A DNA stretch of 59,759 nt, counting the filler. It is 7 parts of 7 records of this genome, joined end to end, with 100 filler letters (N's around TTAATTAATTAA, not from the genome) between each part and the next. Parts side by side here need not be neighbours in the genome. Positions count along the whole stretch, not along the records: positions 1 to 20,592 come from SRR31147125_48835; 6 more parts are not named here. One strand, written 5' to 3'. Numbering within the stretch: the stretch's first letter is position 1; every line of letters starts with the position of its first letter. Both the position numbers and the translations under genes were made by a program. Positions 1 through 10,809 of this stretch are shown here, piece after piece. The notes beneath the pieces are model-generated. The model made no database searches and was not told the DNA's origin. It saw nothing but the letters and a program-made list of their open reading frames with translations.

Positions 1-153
1 AATCAGAATATCTTTTATCCCTGCCAGCATTAGGGCCGATAGCGGATAATATATCATTGGTTTATCATATACAGGAAGAAGTTGTTTTGATGTTCCTAAT
101 GTAATGGGGTGGAGGCGGGAGCCTGAACCACCGGCTAAAATTATTCCTTTCAT
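1..153 (-). CDS. rfbA: Glucose-1-phosphate thymidylyltransferase, 5' part (runs off window start)
   Basis: Manual translation from ATG at 153: [51 protein letters not shown], the canonical RfbA/RmlA N-terminus. Not in the ORF track. Confidence 0.95.
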   Translation of the reverse strand, partial: MKGIILAGGSGSRLHPITLGTSKQLLPVYDKPMIYYPLSALMLAGIKDILI

Positions 154-502
154 TGCTGAGTTTGTTTATATGGTTAATATCATTTAAATAGTTTATTGAA
201 TAAGCTGTTACTAATTTTAAAGAATAATACTATGCATTATTTCTAATTTAGCCAAGTAACAGGTGTAATTTCTGTCACCAGAGGAGATTTTTAATCATAA
301 ATGAAGTTGAGAGTAAGATGATTTTACTTGCTGCGTAGGCGATTCATCCATTTAATGAAGTTTCTCTTGTTTGGTATTTTCTTGAGAATAAGGGATTATG
401 GCTAGCCTAAATTCTCAGCATAAGAAAGTACATAATAAGATTGACATTAATGTAGATGGTTGATATTGAGAGTTTTTATTAGGATGTTTTGAATATAGCT
501 AT

Positions 503-1624
503 TTATGTAACTCCATTAATCTTTAAAATCTTTCCAAATATTCGATAAATAACCGGGATTGGATCCTTTAGAAGAAAGATGATACTTAAATGATCGACCT
601 TGAAATGTTTTCGATTTTTACGAAACAACCTATTCCGAAATAGTTTTATGGTATTCTGTGGCATACCAACTCTTACCTGTCGAATCTTTATTTCAGGAAG
701 TTTACGTTTTAAACCAATAAGACAAGCTATATTCGGAAAGTTCACACCTGCAAAAACAGATGCAGTTAGACTTCCCCAGTACCTTGGATTAATTTCAATA
801 ATATTTATTTGTTTGCCCTGCACATCATATCTCAAATCGATGTGAAGTATACCAGACCAGTTAAGTTCTTTTACTAATCGTGAAGCAAGAGTATGTGTGT
901 CCGGGGCAACTATAAATTCGATCCCCCCGGATGGGGCAAACTGATAGGCCCCACTCATAAACTCTTTCTGAATAGTGTAAGCCAAAATCTTACCATTTTT
1001 ACAAATGGCGCTGAAATCGTAGTCGTAACCTTTAATAAACGATTGAACTATAAACTTTTCATCCCAAATATCTTCTCTACAGAAACTTTGCAACGATGAC
1101 AAGTCGTCAAAGAACTTAATTCCATGGCCTCCGGTTCCTTGTCTGGGTTTTATTAATGCCGGGAATAATATGGAAGAAAACTGATTTTCACTGCTGTTTA
1201 AATCTGTCTTATATAAAATTGTTTTTGGTGTTGGAAAGTTCTGTTTTGTTAGCCAATCTGCAAATAACCATTTGTCAGAAACTGTATTGAATGATTTAAT
1301 GTCAGGAACCGGTGCAATTGTTGTTAGGTTGGAAAGAGTATTGTAATTTTCAGAGATAAGGTAAATTGCAGGTTGATCGACCGGCAAAATAATATCAACT
1401 CCCGATTCTTTTACAATTTTAATAATTGTTTCTAAGAAGCCTTCTGCTTTTTTGTAAGAGTGAAATTTACTTATATACCGTGAGTAACGAATTGATGCCT
1501 TCGGTGTATTGGCAAGAACAATAATGTTGTAATTTTTATGCAGACCAAGACAGCGAAGCACGGAAATGGCATGTGGGCTTTCTCCATCAGGTATTAATAC
1601 AGAAATTTTATCATTGTAACTCAT
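503..1624 (-). CDS. ATP-grasp domain protein (carboxylate-amine ligase-like)
   Basis: 373 aa with DKWLF, IKPRQGTGGHGI, IVQSFIKG and IIEINPRYWGS motifs typical of the ATP-grasp fold. Confidence 0.85.
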   Translation of the reverse strand: MSYNDKISVLIPDGESPHAISVLRCLGLHKNYNIIVLANTPKASIRYSRYISKFHSYKKAEGFLETIIKIVKESGVDIILPVDQPAIYLISENYNTLSNLTTIAPVPDIKSFNTVSDKWLFADWLTKQNFPTPKTILYKTDLNSSENQFSSILFPALIKPRQGTGGHGIKFFDDLSSLQSFCREDIWDEKFIVQSFIKGYDYDFSAICKNGKILAYTIQKEFMSGAYQFAPSGGIEFIVAPDTHTLASRLVKELNWSGILHIDLRYDVQGKQINIIEINPRYWGSLTASVFAGVNFPNIACLIGLKRKLPEIKIRQVRVGMPQNTIKLFRNRLFRKNRKHFKVDHLSIIFLLKDPIPVIYRIFGKILKINGVT

Positions 1625-1665
1625 ATACTAGTCTGACTTTGAGAAATTTAGAGTTGGATAAACCT

Positions 1666-2888
1666 TTATAAGGATTGGGTTAGATAATGTTCGAACTGCA
1701 ATAAAATATTTTCTTTTTGAAGATTTTTTTGAGTATAAAATTGCATTGCTTTGATAGGTGCTAATATCTGAATGTAAAGCACTTTCTATGGCATTTTTTA
1801 AAGCTTCTTTCGATTCCGGCTCGCATAGTATACCAAATTCATGTTCATTGGTTATCTCGTAAAGCGATGTGCCCGGTTCGGCTGTGATAATGGAGCAACC
1901 TCCCGCAGCCAATATATTTGTGAGTTTGCTTGGCATTAATAAATCAGCTGCTGATTTTTTTTGTAAAACCAGATGTAAATCAGCACTGGCCAGAAGTTGT
2001 GAAAACTTGTTTAAAGGTTGTAATGGATAGAAATGAACTTGATTTAAATTATCATTTATGGCTAATTCTTGCAATTTTTCTTTACCTGAACCTGCTCCAA
2101 CTATTATAAAGTGGATATTCTTTTGTTGTTGAAAATCTTTTGCGATTTCAATTAAAACTTCTAATCCTTGCTTTTTTCCAAGGTTTCCTGAGTAAAGGAT
2201 TATTTTATCTTCCATTGATATTCCAAATTCCATTCGTAATGAACCCTCTTTAGAAAGAGGATAAATGGCTTTGGAATCAACCCAGTTGGGGAATTGGATA
2301 ATTTTATTAGGTTCTATTTTTTTCTGCTCAATCTTTTTTTCATTCCACTTGTTAAAGTAGAAATAAGTGTGCTGCCTTTTAAAATAAAACGTTCTACTCC
2401 GAACATTAATCTTAATAACATACCATTCTTTAGCATTCCTAATTCTTTTGCTGCATCCACCTGAAGATCCTGTATGTGGCTAAGAAATTTCGCCCCACGG
2501 ATTTTGCAATAAAGTAATGGCAAAATCCCAATATGAAAGGGGGAGAAACACAAATAACCCAATCGAACTTTTTACGAAAAAGAAATGTTAGCCAGAAAGG
2601 TATTATACTTAGTAAAAAAGAAAAGTCGTGAAGGATGCGTTTTTTTGCGTTAGCTTCTGCCGGAACATATAGTGGGCAACGATGAACCTTAACTCCATTT
2701 ATTTCCTCTGTGTGCCAAAGTTTTCCCTTATATTTATCATCTACTTTCCATTCCGGATAATAAGGTAAGGCAGTAATAACCTCAACATGGTGGCCTTTGG
2801 CAGCCATCCATTCTGCCATTTCACCACTATACTTCCCTATGCCGGTAAGTTCGGGAGAGTAGTTTATTCCGTAGATTAGGATTTTCAT
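1666..2888 (-). CDS. wcaI: WcaI-family GT4 glycosyltransferase, split by probable homopolymer sequencing frameshifts
   Basis: N-terminus MKILIYGINYSPELTGIGKYSGEMAEW...PYYPEW, middle HIQDLQVDAA, C-terminal YSGNLGKKQGLE...MPSKLTNILA. These lie in three ORF pieces joined by indels near 2536 and 2317. A third indel near 1725 probably gives a true stop near 1666. Confidence 0.85.
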
Positions 2889-3796
2889 ATAGTAAGAGGA
2901 AGTTTAAACAGATAATTCATTTTTAATATAGTCGATAATTTTATGTTTATCGCCTTTAAACTTACGGTGTAGCTCAAAGATTTTAACATCAACCATAAAC
3001 GATACCAAAAACCCTGTAAAATATGCCATATAAAACCAGCTTTCCCGTCTAAGAATCCTAACTTAAAGAAGTAACGGTAAAAGAAGTAACAAAATGGACG
3101 AATAAAAAGTGGCAATGAAAGATACCTCAATTTTAACCATCTTTTTCGTTGTTCATCTGTTCCAAATAACCTGGGAATAACAGTGTCCTCAGTGAAAATC
3201 TGGTATCGCATGTCCAATAGGTCAATCATCTCTCTCGAAGCATAACTGTTATGTTTTTGAGTCCACCACGTAATGTCATTCAAATTCTCATCAACCTGAA
3301 CGATGTCAAGTTTAATTGTTTCGCCTTCTGTAAGCTTTATGTGTTCATCCATCCAACGATTTTCGCAAAAGCCTTTTTTATTACGCCATATTTTTAAATG
3401 CCAAACCGGAAACCAACCACCATGTAAAAGTGGTCTTCCCATAAACACCACTTTCCTTTTTATATATATACCTGAAATGGAAGGCGATGCTTGAGCCAGA
3501 TTTTGTTTTAAGTTAAAATCTGGTTCTTCTACAAATTCATCAGCATCAATTCTCCACACCCAGTCGGTTATGATATTACAATTCTGAAGTGCCCAGTTAA
3601 ATTGTGTTGCATAATTTTTCCATTTATTCTGAAAAATTTCAACACCCATATTTTGTGCCTCTTTAACTGTTTTATCATTACTGTATGAATCTATAATTAT
3701 AATTCTTTCAACTAAACTATCAAGAGAATCAATGCAACGTCTAATATGGTGTTCTTCATTAAGGGTTAATATAATTGCAGTAATAGAATTTGACAT
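2885..3796 (-). CDS. GT2 family glycosyltransferase (probable indel near 3000; true stop probably about 2904)
   Basis: IILTLNEEHHIRRCI, IDSYSND, RIDADE (DxD), GFLDGKAGFIWHILQGFWYR. The shifted frame continues FMVDVKIFE. Confidence 0.88.
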   Translation of the reverse strand: MSNSITAIILTLNEEHHIRRCIDSLDSLVERIIIIDSYSNDKTVKEAQNMGVEIFQNKWKNYATQFNWALQNCNIITDWVWRIDADEFVEEPDFNLKQNLAQASPSISGIYIKRKVVFMGRPLLHGGWFPVWHLKIWRNKKGFCENRWMDEHIKLTEGETIKLDIVQVDENLNDITWWTQKHNSYASREMIDLLDMRYQIFTEDTVIPRLFGTDEQRKRWLKLRYLSLPLFIRPFCYFFYRYFFKLGFLDGKAGFIWHILQGFWYRLWLMLKSLSYTVSLKAINIKLSTILKMNYLFKLPLTI

Positions 3797-3806
3797 CTCT
3801 TTTGTT

Positions 3807-4610
3807 TTAATTTTTATACCAAAGTTTTGGTAAGATTATACTTTCTTTGTTTGAATGATTGTCAGCATCAAGTGGGTCAGGAAATGTTGTTTTCGGTTTT
3901 TTAGTTTTTATTCGATCGTTGCGAAGAAATGTAAACTCAGCAAGTGTAGGAATAGGAATACCTGCTTTTAAATCAATTCTTCCAATATTATTAGGATGAA
4001 TATGGACGCAAGTGTGATTTTGTAAAAGTTTTAGGAACGTTTGATTAACGAACCTAAAATATTCTTTATCCCAAATTTTTTGGAGTCTGTGAAATTCAAT
4101 AATTATTATACGAAAACGATTTAGAAGCCAGTCAGGTGTATTGGCAATTGTTAAATATTCAAATCCTTCGATATCCATTTGTAAGATTAGGTCAGATGAC
4201 TTGGAAATATTACTTTTTAATATCCATTTTTCTAAAGTGATATAGTCTTTGCTATTATATGAACCAATAAACTTCTTGGTAAAATGGAAATTTGGGTGCT
4301 CGCATGAAGGAGAGTTCACGGATTTATCAGCCATAAATACTCTGATACCCATTTCTGCACAATGTCTTTCAAATTCACTTGTAGGTCCAACTCCTTGTGA
4401 AAAACATGCTTCTATTCCGCAAAAATCATCTGGAACAAGATATCCTCCATCATTGGAAGCACCCAGTCTAGTAAGTGGAATATTTGTATTATTAGGCTTT
4501 AGCGATTCGATAAGTTCCAGTACTTTAGTTTTATCCGAAGACCAATCAACAGATAACTGTAATTGGTTAAGGAGCCTATTAAGAAGGTTGTACATTAGGG
4601 CTTGTTTCAT
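3807..4610 (-). CDS. FkbM-like SAM-dependent methyltransferase
   Basis: RLGASNDGGYLVP, ILQMDIEGFEY, IIIEFH and HIHPNN motifs of the FkbM/Methyltransf_22 type. Confidence 0.8.
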   Translation of the reverse strand: MKQALMYNLLNRLLNQLQLSVDWSSDKTKVLELIESLKPNNTNIPLTRLGASNDGGYLVPDDFCGIEACFSQGVGPTSEFERHCAEMGIRVFMADKSVNSPSCEHPNFHFTKKFIGSYNSKDYITLEKWILKSNISKSSDLILQMDIEGFEYLTIANTPDWLLNRFRIIIIEFHRLQKIWDKEYFRFVNQTFLKLLQNHTCVHIHPNNIGRIDLKAGIPIPTLAEFTFLRNDRIKTKKPKTTFPDPLDADNHSNKESIILPKLWYKN

Positions 4611-4867
4611 CTCTTTTACGTGTTATTCTATTTAGCTTGCATTAATATTTTTAGTTGTTATATTTCTCTTACCTTACTGCCTTTGCACTTTGTGAAAGAG
4701 TTTAATCATTTGAAGGTGAACGGTATCGTTACAAAACAATTAGTAAAATTTGCTTTTGGAAAGAAATGTCAGTCAAGAGAAATTCTATAATAGTTTTTTG
4801 AAAATGTCTTTTTGGGAATTTATATTTAGCCTCATACATTGTGATGACAAATCTAAGTTTGTGTACA

Positions 4868-5644
4868 TTATATTTTGAACCTAAACAGGTTATAGACAGA
4901 AGGTAAATTTTCTGCAAAAAAACGTGACGTATATAACAGTAAACGGATAGGAAGCCTGTAAAAGTTACTGTATCCTAATATTTCTTTTCTGATTTGGTCG
5001 GCCTCCTGTAGACCTTTTTGTTTAAGGGTATTTGATTGTCCCTCAAGATTAAATATGCAAAATGGAATGTTTAAATACAGTATGTTTTTAGAAAAATTTA
5101 TATGTTCTAGAGTGAATTTATAATCGGCACTAACAGGAAAAGAAAGGTCGTATAGAATTTTATGTCTCTTAATTACTTCCAATTTATAGATCATTGCTTG
5201 ATGGTTGGTAAACATGCCATACCAAGCATATCTGTGATGACGGGCTTTTTTTAATATACATGGTTCTGAATACCCTTTTTGAATATATGCGTCTCCATAA
5301 ATAAAATCGGGATACGAAGTTTCGGATTCAAATTTATCAAAAATTTGTTCCAGAGAATCCCTTTGGGCAAAAGTATCTCCTCCATTCATGAAAATAATAT
5401 AATCCCCATTGCTCGCTTCAATTCCTTTATTCATTGCATCGAATAAACCATAATCTTTTTCACTTACCAAGTAATTAATTGATGTTTTGTATTTTTCGAT
5501 TATGTCTATGGTGCCATCAGTTGAACCGCCGTCAATGACGATATATTCTTTATTTATATATGTTTGAGCAGAACAACTTTTTAGAGTAGGCTCAATATAT
5601 GATGCTCCATTAAAGATTATTGTTATTATGCTTATTGTTTTCAT
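4868..5644 (-). CDS. GT2 glycosyltransferase (WcaE-like)
   Basis: ISIITI, VIDGGSTDGT, SEKDYGLFDAMNKG, FMNGGD, NHQA. Confidence 0.9.
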   Translation of the reverse strand: MKTISIITIIFNGASYIEPTLKSCSAQTYINKEYIVIDGGSTDGTIDIIEKYKTSINYLVSEKDYGLFDAMNKGIEASNGDYIIFMNGGDTFAQRDSLEQIFDKFESETSYPDFIYGDAYIQKGYSEPCILKKARHHRYAWYGMFTNHQAMIYKLEVIKRHKILYDLSFPVSADYKFTLEHINFSKNILYLNIPFCIFNLEGQSNTLKQKGLQEADQIRKEILGYSNFYRLPIRLLLYTSRFFAENLPSVYNLFRFKI

Positions 5645-5681
5645 TTATAAATTCTATTTAAGCGTTTGCCAATTACAAATG

Positions 5682-6856
5682 TTATTTAATGCTCTTTAAA
5701 TAGTATTCGGCAGTTGACTTTTCGGTCAGTTGTTTTGCTGTGTTTATGGCATTAATTGATATTGTTTCTAATTCTCTTGAATGTTTGGTTCTTATCTTTT
5801 TAAGAGTGTAAGAGAGTTCCATAATATTTCCTGCTTCGCATAAAAATCCATTAATACCATCTTTTATGATTCCATCCATTCCTTCGTTTTTTGCGGCAAC
5901 AACTATGCAGCCTTTTGCCATTGCTTCCAGGTATACCAGCCCAAAAGCTTCAAACTTACTAATCATAACGAAACATTGAGCCACAGACATATTTGAGAGA
6001 ACTTCAGTTCTGGAAAGGTGTCCTTTGAAAATTACCTTTTGTGCAAGATTCCTTTGTTTTGTAATTTTCTGCAACTTATTGAATTCAGGGCCTTCTCCAA
6101 TAATATTTAACGAAAAGTCCTCGCCAGGGTAAGATTCAAACAGTGCCTCTATTAATACGTCCGGATATTTTCTTTGAATAAGGTTTCCCACAAAAATAAA
6201 TTCACGGATTCCATCGGGAAAGCTTTTTCCATTTTTACAAATTATATCCTCACTAATACCTGAGTAGCACAAAAATGTGTTATTAAATCGACCGTTTTTA
6301 ATAAAGAAGTTCTTCTCAATTCTTTTCGACCTGAATCCAATCGTATCTAATTCTTCCAGTAAACCTTTTTCTTTAATATTTCGTGTGTCATGAAAAACCA
6401 TTGAGGTTTTACAATTATAAATTCGTTTTAATTTTGAAATGATATGGAGCTGTGGAATTCTCCAATGAGAAACGATATAATCGGGTGCAAAATTGTCGAA
6501 CTTATTGGAGTTAACTATTTTATCTACCTGTTGACTTATAACACTATCTCTAAAGTTGACAAAAGGTAAAACTTTTGGAATAGGTATTCTATGTATATTC
6601 ACACCATCCATATCATGTCGCATTTCCTTCGTCATTTTTTTGTTTTGTATGGCAAAACCGAGAATATTCTCCAGTATTCTTTTAATAAAGTTTGGGATTG
6701 AATAATAAATACCATAAACCTGTTCTGGTTATGTACTACTTTAACATTGTACCCCAATTTTACCCATTCCTTTGTAAAATAATGAACAACAGGAGTAAAG
6801 CCTCTAGGATTGTCAGGTGAGGGATATATTGATGTTAGAACTAATATGTTTTTCAT
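5682..6856 (-). CDS. GT4 glycosyltransferase, frameshifted near 6710
   Basis: N-terminus MKNILVLTSIYP in ORF 6632-6871. C-terminal GT-B domain FVGNLIQRK...EAFGLVYLEAMAKG in ORF 5682-6635. Confidence 0.85.
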
Positions 6857-6875
6857 TTCTTTATAAATCAAATCA

Positions 6876-8094
6876 CTAGCACATCTTTTTGTTTAAATAA
6901 CTGTTGTGCACAAAATATGCTAAAAAAATAATAGGTATATACTTAGAATAAAGGTATGGATTGCCCGAATGTATTACACTTACAATATTATATACTGTAA
7001 GTAAAGCGGCAAACAGAATCCACTCTTTATTGATTGCTGACATAAAGAATGTTTTTATCGGAAACACGATTATTAAATAAAAGTAAAGTACAATACCAAT
7101 AATACCCATGTCTAAATACGACTGTAACAATGGATTATCTATCCACCGGGTCATATATCCTGCACCAAACAATACATTTATTAGGTTAAAGTTGGCTTTT
7201 ATATAATCATAGGTCCATTGTCTGGAAGTAACTCTTGCTATAGCCGAACCCGAAGAGTCGCTAATGTCGGTTCTACCCATAATCACCTGTATCCCGAAGT
7301 AGAAATTATTCCAAAATTTTTCCACTTCAAGTCTCACCGGTTCAATTAAGACATAACAAGCAATTAAACTGAAGAGAATTAATGGTAAATATTTTACGTA
7401 TTGTAATAATAGTTTTCTGTTCGCCCTTAAGTTGTTAAATAGGTAGATGACACTGATAAGTACAATGGTAAACAGAGGAGTTCGTTTTCCCGAGAATAGT
7501 ATAATATAAATATTAAGGAATATAAAGGTTACAAAGATTATTCGAAGCCAGCTTTTCTTTTTCATTAGAATAATACAAGAGGTGAAGTTAACGATAGCAC
7601 CGTTTGAAACAGTGAAGGCCTCGAGTGCATAATTTTCATTTTCCTGTCTGAGCTGCCATGCCAAATTCCCGGAAACAAATCCTTTGGATAAAAAGTAAGC
7701 ACCAAGTATGCTTGCTAATCCTGAAAGAATGAATATGGTTATTATAGTGCTGTGGTATGATTCGCGAGGACTGTTTGTAGATAGTACAAAAGGCAGGATT
7801 ATTAAATACAAGTGGAAAGTAAAGTATTGCGAGGTCATGTTTTTGGAAAACAATCCATAAAACAGCATAAAAACTCAAGTATATAATTAGAACGAAATAC
7901 TTATTGGCTAAAGGAATTTTACCATTAATTAAATTTTTAAAAGAAATAATACAAAAGATCGACATAGCCATAAAAACGGGAGACCACTTTACTATGGGAA
8001 ATAGAAAGTTGAAATACATTCCCAAAGGCACTCCTACTATTGCCAATGCAATTCCTAAGTCATTCTTTATAGTAGAAGAGCGTAATAGTTTCAT
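6876..8094 (-). CDS. wzy: Wzy-type polysaccharide polymerase / O-antigen ligase-like membrane protein, frameshifted near 7875
   Basis: Two overlapping hydrophobic ORFs with many TM segments. ILFSGKRTPL and LFGAGY...DNPLLQSYLDMGIIG resemble Wzy_C motifs. Located in a Wzx/Wzz locus. Confidence 0.7.
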
Positions 8095-8149
8095 TTCAAT
8101 TTATATTTTCAGCGAATACTTTCTTTGAATATATAGAACAGGCAGTATT

Positions 8150-8875
8150 TTACTTTGACTGACTATACTTTGAGCGTAAATAGAAAATTTTCCCCAAAGC
8201 ACCATACCATAATCCCAATATACCCATGTTCTGAAATAGATAATCGAACTTAGCAATCCTGGCCTTCCACGATATGGAGGACGAGAAGCCTCCTCCTAAA
8301 TAATTTGCGATTACCTGGTTTACTTTTTTAAATTTTATATTCTTTAAATATAAACGACGGGTTAATTCAATATCGCCATAATGTTTATGTTTTGTTTTGT
8401 AGAAAAGTTGATTGCCGCATATATTTCGATTATAAAAGATAGATTGATGACATGCCATTATTCCTCCAAACCGCAGTGATGGAACTTCACCTGGATGTCT
8501 GATATTACCGTTTGAAAAGGTACTGCCATATATTACTCCGATATCAGAAAACTTATCATTCTCGAATATCTTTTGTAAGGTGTTGTTCTCATAAAAGGTA
8601 TCCCCTGCATTCATGAAATTTATCCAATCTCCAGTAGCTTTTATTAATCCTTTATTCATGGCATCGAAAATTCCCTTATCCGGTTCACTTATCCAATAAC
8701 TTATGTTGGTTTCATATTTTTTTATTAACTCCCGAGTACCATCATTTGAACCTCCATCTATTATAATAAATTCGATATTTTGATATGTCTGGTTAAGAAG
8801 GCTACATATGGTTTTTTCAATGTGGTTTATTGCATTAAAGGTTACTGTGATAATTGAAATTTTAGGTTCTTTCAT
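8150..8875 (-). CDS. GT2 glycosyltransferase
   Basis: ISIITVTFNA, IIDGGSNDGT, SEPDKGIFDAMNKG, FMNAGD, CHQS. Confidence 0.9.
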   Translation of the reverse strand: MKEPKISIITVTFNAINHIEKTICSLLNQTYQNIEFIIIDGGSNDGTRELIKKYETNISYWISEPDKGIFDAMNKGLIKATGDWINFMNAGDTFYENNTLQKIFENDKFSDIGVIYGSTFSNGNIRHPGEVPSLRFGGIMACHQSIFYNRNICGNQLFYKTKHKHYGDIELTRRLYLKNIKFKKVNQVIANYLGGGFSSSISWKARIAKFDYLFQNMGILGLWYGALGKIFYLRSKYSQSK

Positions 8876-8885
8876 TTGAAATTAT

Positions 8886-9854
8886 TTATGATAGCCATTT
8901 CCCTCGTGTCCATTTGCTCGTTTTTGCTCCATAGAAGATATTAAGGTGGAACCTAACGGTTAACTTCCATATTATAACATGAATGAAATCTCGAAATGAA
9001 AAAAGAGATTTAGTTTTTATCTCATTAATAGAATCAATTATATGGGATTTATTGTAGCCCTGCACAGAGAGTAGAGATTCATCCAAACTTTTAATGTACT
9101 TTTTTGCCTGAAGTTTACGAAAAGAAGAGTTAAAAGTGTTTTCCCATTTGGTTAAGGTTGCCTGAGTAATTGTTTTATATGTTTTACTCCCGGTTGGATC
9201 TCCCATTCTTCCTTTTGTATCTTGTTGGGTGAAATTTTTAACCATGTCTGATGAGAAATCAATCTCCAGATACTCGCATATTTCTTTAGTATAAAACTGG
9301 GGATTCATTATGAAATCTTCATACTTAACTGCATAAGACTTTTCTCTAAGTAATTCATATCCTTTTGAAAGTAATTCGGGCCCAATGTTAAGATCGTTAT
9401 CAAAATGGTATAAAGACCTGAAGTTGCCGTTACTCCAAGTTTGTAATATTGAACTCATTACATGAATTGGATTTCTAAATAGAAATATGAATTTAGCCTC
9501 AGGGAATACTTGTGCAATTTCGTCGATAATATGATAGTACCGTGGTGTTTTATCTAAAAAATATTTTTCCTTATTTGTACAATGTTTTTCATAAAGGTTG
9601 GATAAAAAGTTATTTAATTCAATGATATAATCATTTTTACCGTTTGGCATAAGTTTAACAAAATCGTCAATAGCGCTAACTGCATGAGTAGTTGAGTACT
9701 CTGCCAATAATCCTTTATCTTTTTGGGTGTATAAATGAGGTAGTAATATCCAGGGTTCTGCGATACTAGATATTTCCTTGTTACTCATAAGTACCCTTTG
9801 TAATAAAGTTGAGCCAGAGCGGGGCAATGAAAAAATGAAAATAGGTGATTTCAT
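8886..9854 (-). CDS. PAPS-dependent sulfotransferase
   Basis: 5'-PSB loop PIFIFSLPRSGSTLL, FLDKTP, 3'-PB motif FLFRNPIHVMSS, VKYEDF. Confidence 0.9.
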   Translation of the reverse strand: MKSPIFIFSLPRSGSTLLQRVLMSNKEISSIAEPWILLPHLYTQKDKGLLAEYSTTHAVSAIDDFVKLMPNGKNDYIIELNNFLSNLYEKHCTNKEKYFLDKTPRYYHIIDEIAQVFPEAKFIFLFRNPIHVMSSILQTWSNGNFRSLYHFDNDLNIGPELLSKGYELLREKSYAVKYEDFIMNPQFYTKEICEYLEIDFSSDMVKNFTQQDTKGRMGDPTGSKTYKTITQATLTKWENTFNSSFRKLQAKKYIKSLDESLLSVQGYNKSHIIDSINEIKTKSLFSFRDFIHVIIWKLTVRFHLNIFYGAKTSKWTRGKWLS

Positions 9855-9861
9855 ATTCTAA

Positions 9862-10809
9862 TTAACTAAAAGGGAAATAGCTTTTTAATATCTTTTTTAT
9901 ATTTGTATATTTATTTTGACAGATATTCATTTTCTTTTTGTAATAATTCTCTACCTCAAAATCGATAAAGAATGAGTTCGGATGTTTTAATGGGAAATTA
10001 ATTAATTGTGTGGACAAGTGTGTTCTGTGGGTGTCATTTATTGTATGTGTAGCATCAGCTCCATCTCCGAGGTTTGAAATCAGGTTGCAACTTGGTACAA
10101 TAACTAATCCATTATTTTTTATTACTGTTGCATGCCATTGATAATCCCATGTATCTATTTTAAGATTAGCTGAGTTTCTAAATCTATCTTTAATAGTTTT
10201 TAGTTCATTTTTTTTAATATGCAGTTGTTTTGAAATCCTTTGCTCTTTCATATAGTCTTTCTCAATATTAGGCAATTCAAATTCATAGCTTTTCCATCGA
10301 TCTTTCCATGTTGCCCACCCCCATACCTGAGGAAATCTTGTGAATACATAAGATGATTTAGGATTTTTCTCAAATGGATAAGCAAAGGTATTGCCATTAA
10401 TATGCCAAATTCGTTTATCGTCTTTATACATCCTTAATAATTCCTCACAGAATTGAAAAAATGTTTGTTCGGGAAGACAATCATCTTCGAGTATAATCCC
10501 CATTTCTTCATGCTGAAAAAACCAGTCAATTGCACCGGAAACAGCACGGCCACATCCTAAATTATTATCACTAAAAAGTGTTTTAACATCGCAAGCCCAG
10601 TTGATATTGGATAACAAATATTGTCGAATCTCATTTACAATGTCGTGTTCTCCCTGTTTATTTTCTCTAGGGCCATCGGAAGCCAAATATAGTCTTTGCG
10701 GTTGCGCTTTTTTTATTTCTTCGAATACTTTTTGCGCAGTATCGAACCTATTAAAAGTTAAAAAAAGAACTGGTGTGGAAAAGCTATTATTTGTTGAATT
10801 ATTAGTCAT
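9862..10809 (-). CDS. Nucleotide-diphospho-sugar transferase (GT-A fold, HlpA-like family)
   Basis: PVLFLTFNR, ASDGPR, NLGCGRAVSGAIDWFF, GIILEDDC, WGWATW, DTWDYQW, NLISNLG. Confidence 0.85.
   Translation of the reverse strand: MTNNSTNNSFSTPVLFLTFNRFDTAQKVFEEIKKAQPQRLYLASDGPRENKQGEHDIVNEIRQYLLSNINWACDVKTLFSDNNLGCGRAVSGAIDWFFQHEEMGIILEDDCLPEQTFFQFCEELLRMYKDDKRIWHINGNTFAYPFEKNPKSSYVFTRFPQVWGWATWKDRWKSYEFELPNIEKDYMKEQRISKQLHIKKNELKTIKDRFRNSANLKIDTWDYQWHATVIKNNGLVIVPSCNLISNLGDGADATHTINDTHRTHLSTQLINFPLKHPNSFFIDFEVENYYKKKMNICQNKYTNIKKILKSYFPFS

Noticed and set aside
154-502. 349-nt AT-rich gap between the ATP-grasp gene and rfbA as ncRNA or IS remnant
   Set aside because: No inverted repeats, stable structure or transposase fragment could be seen.
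1628-8094. Frameshifts in wcaI, GT4 and wzy as pseudogenes or phase-variable switches
   Set aside because: The same kind of single-base indel occurs in unrelated genes on other contigs, in short runs, so sequencing error is the simpler explanation. Reads are needed to exclude it fully.
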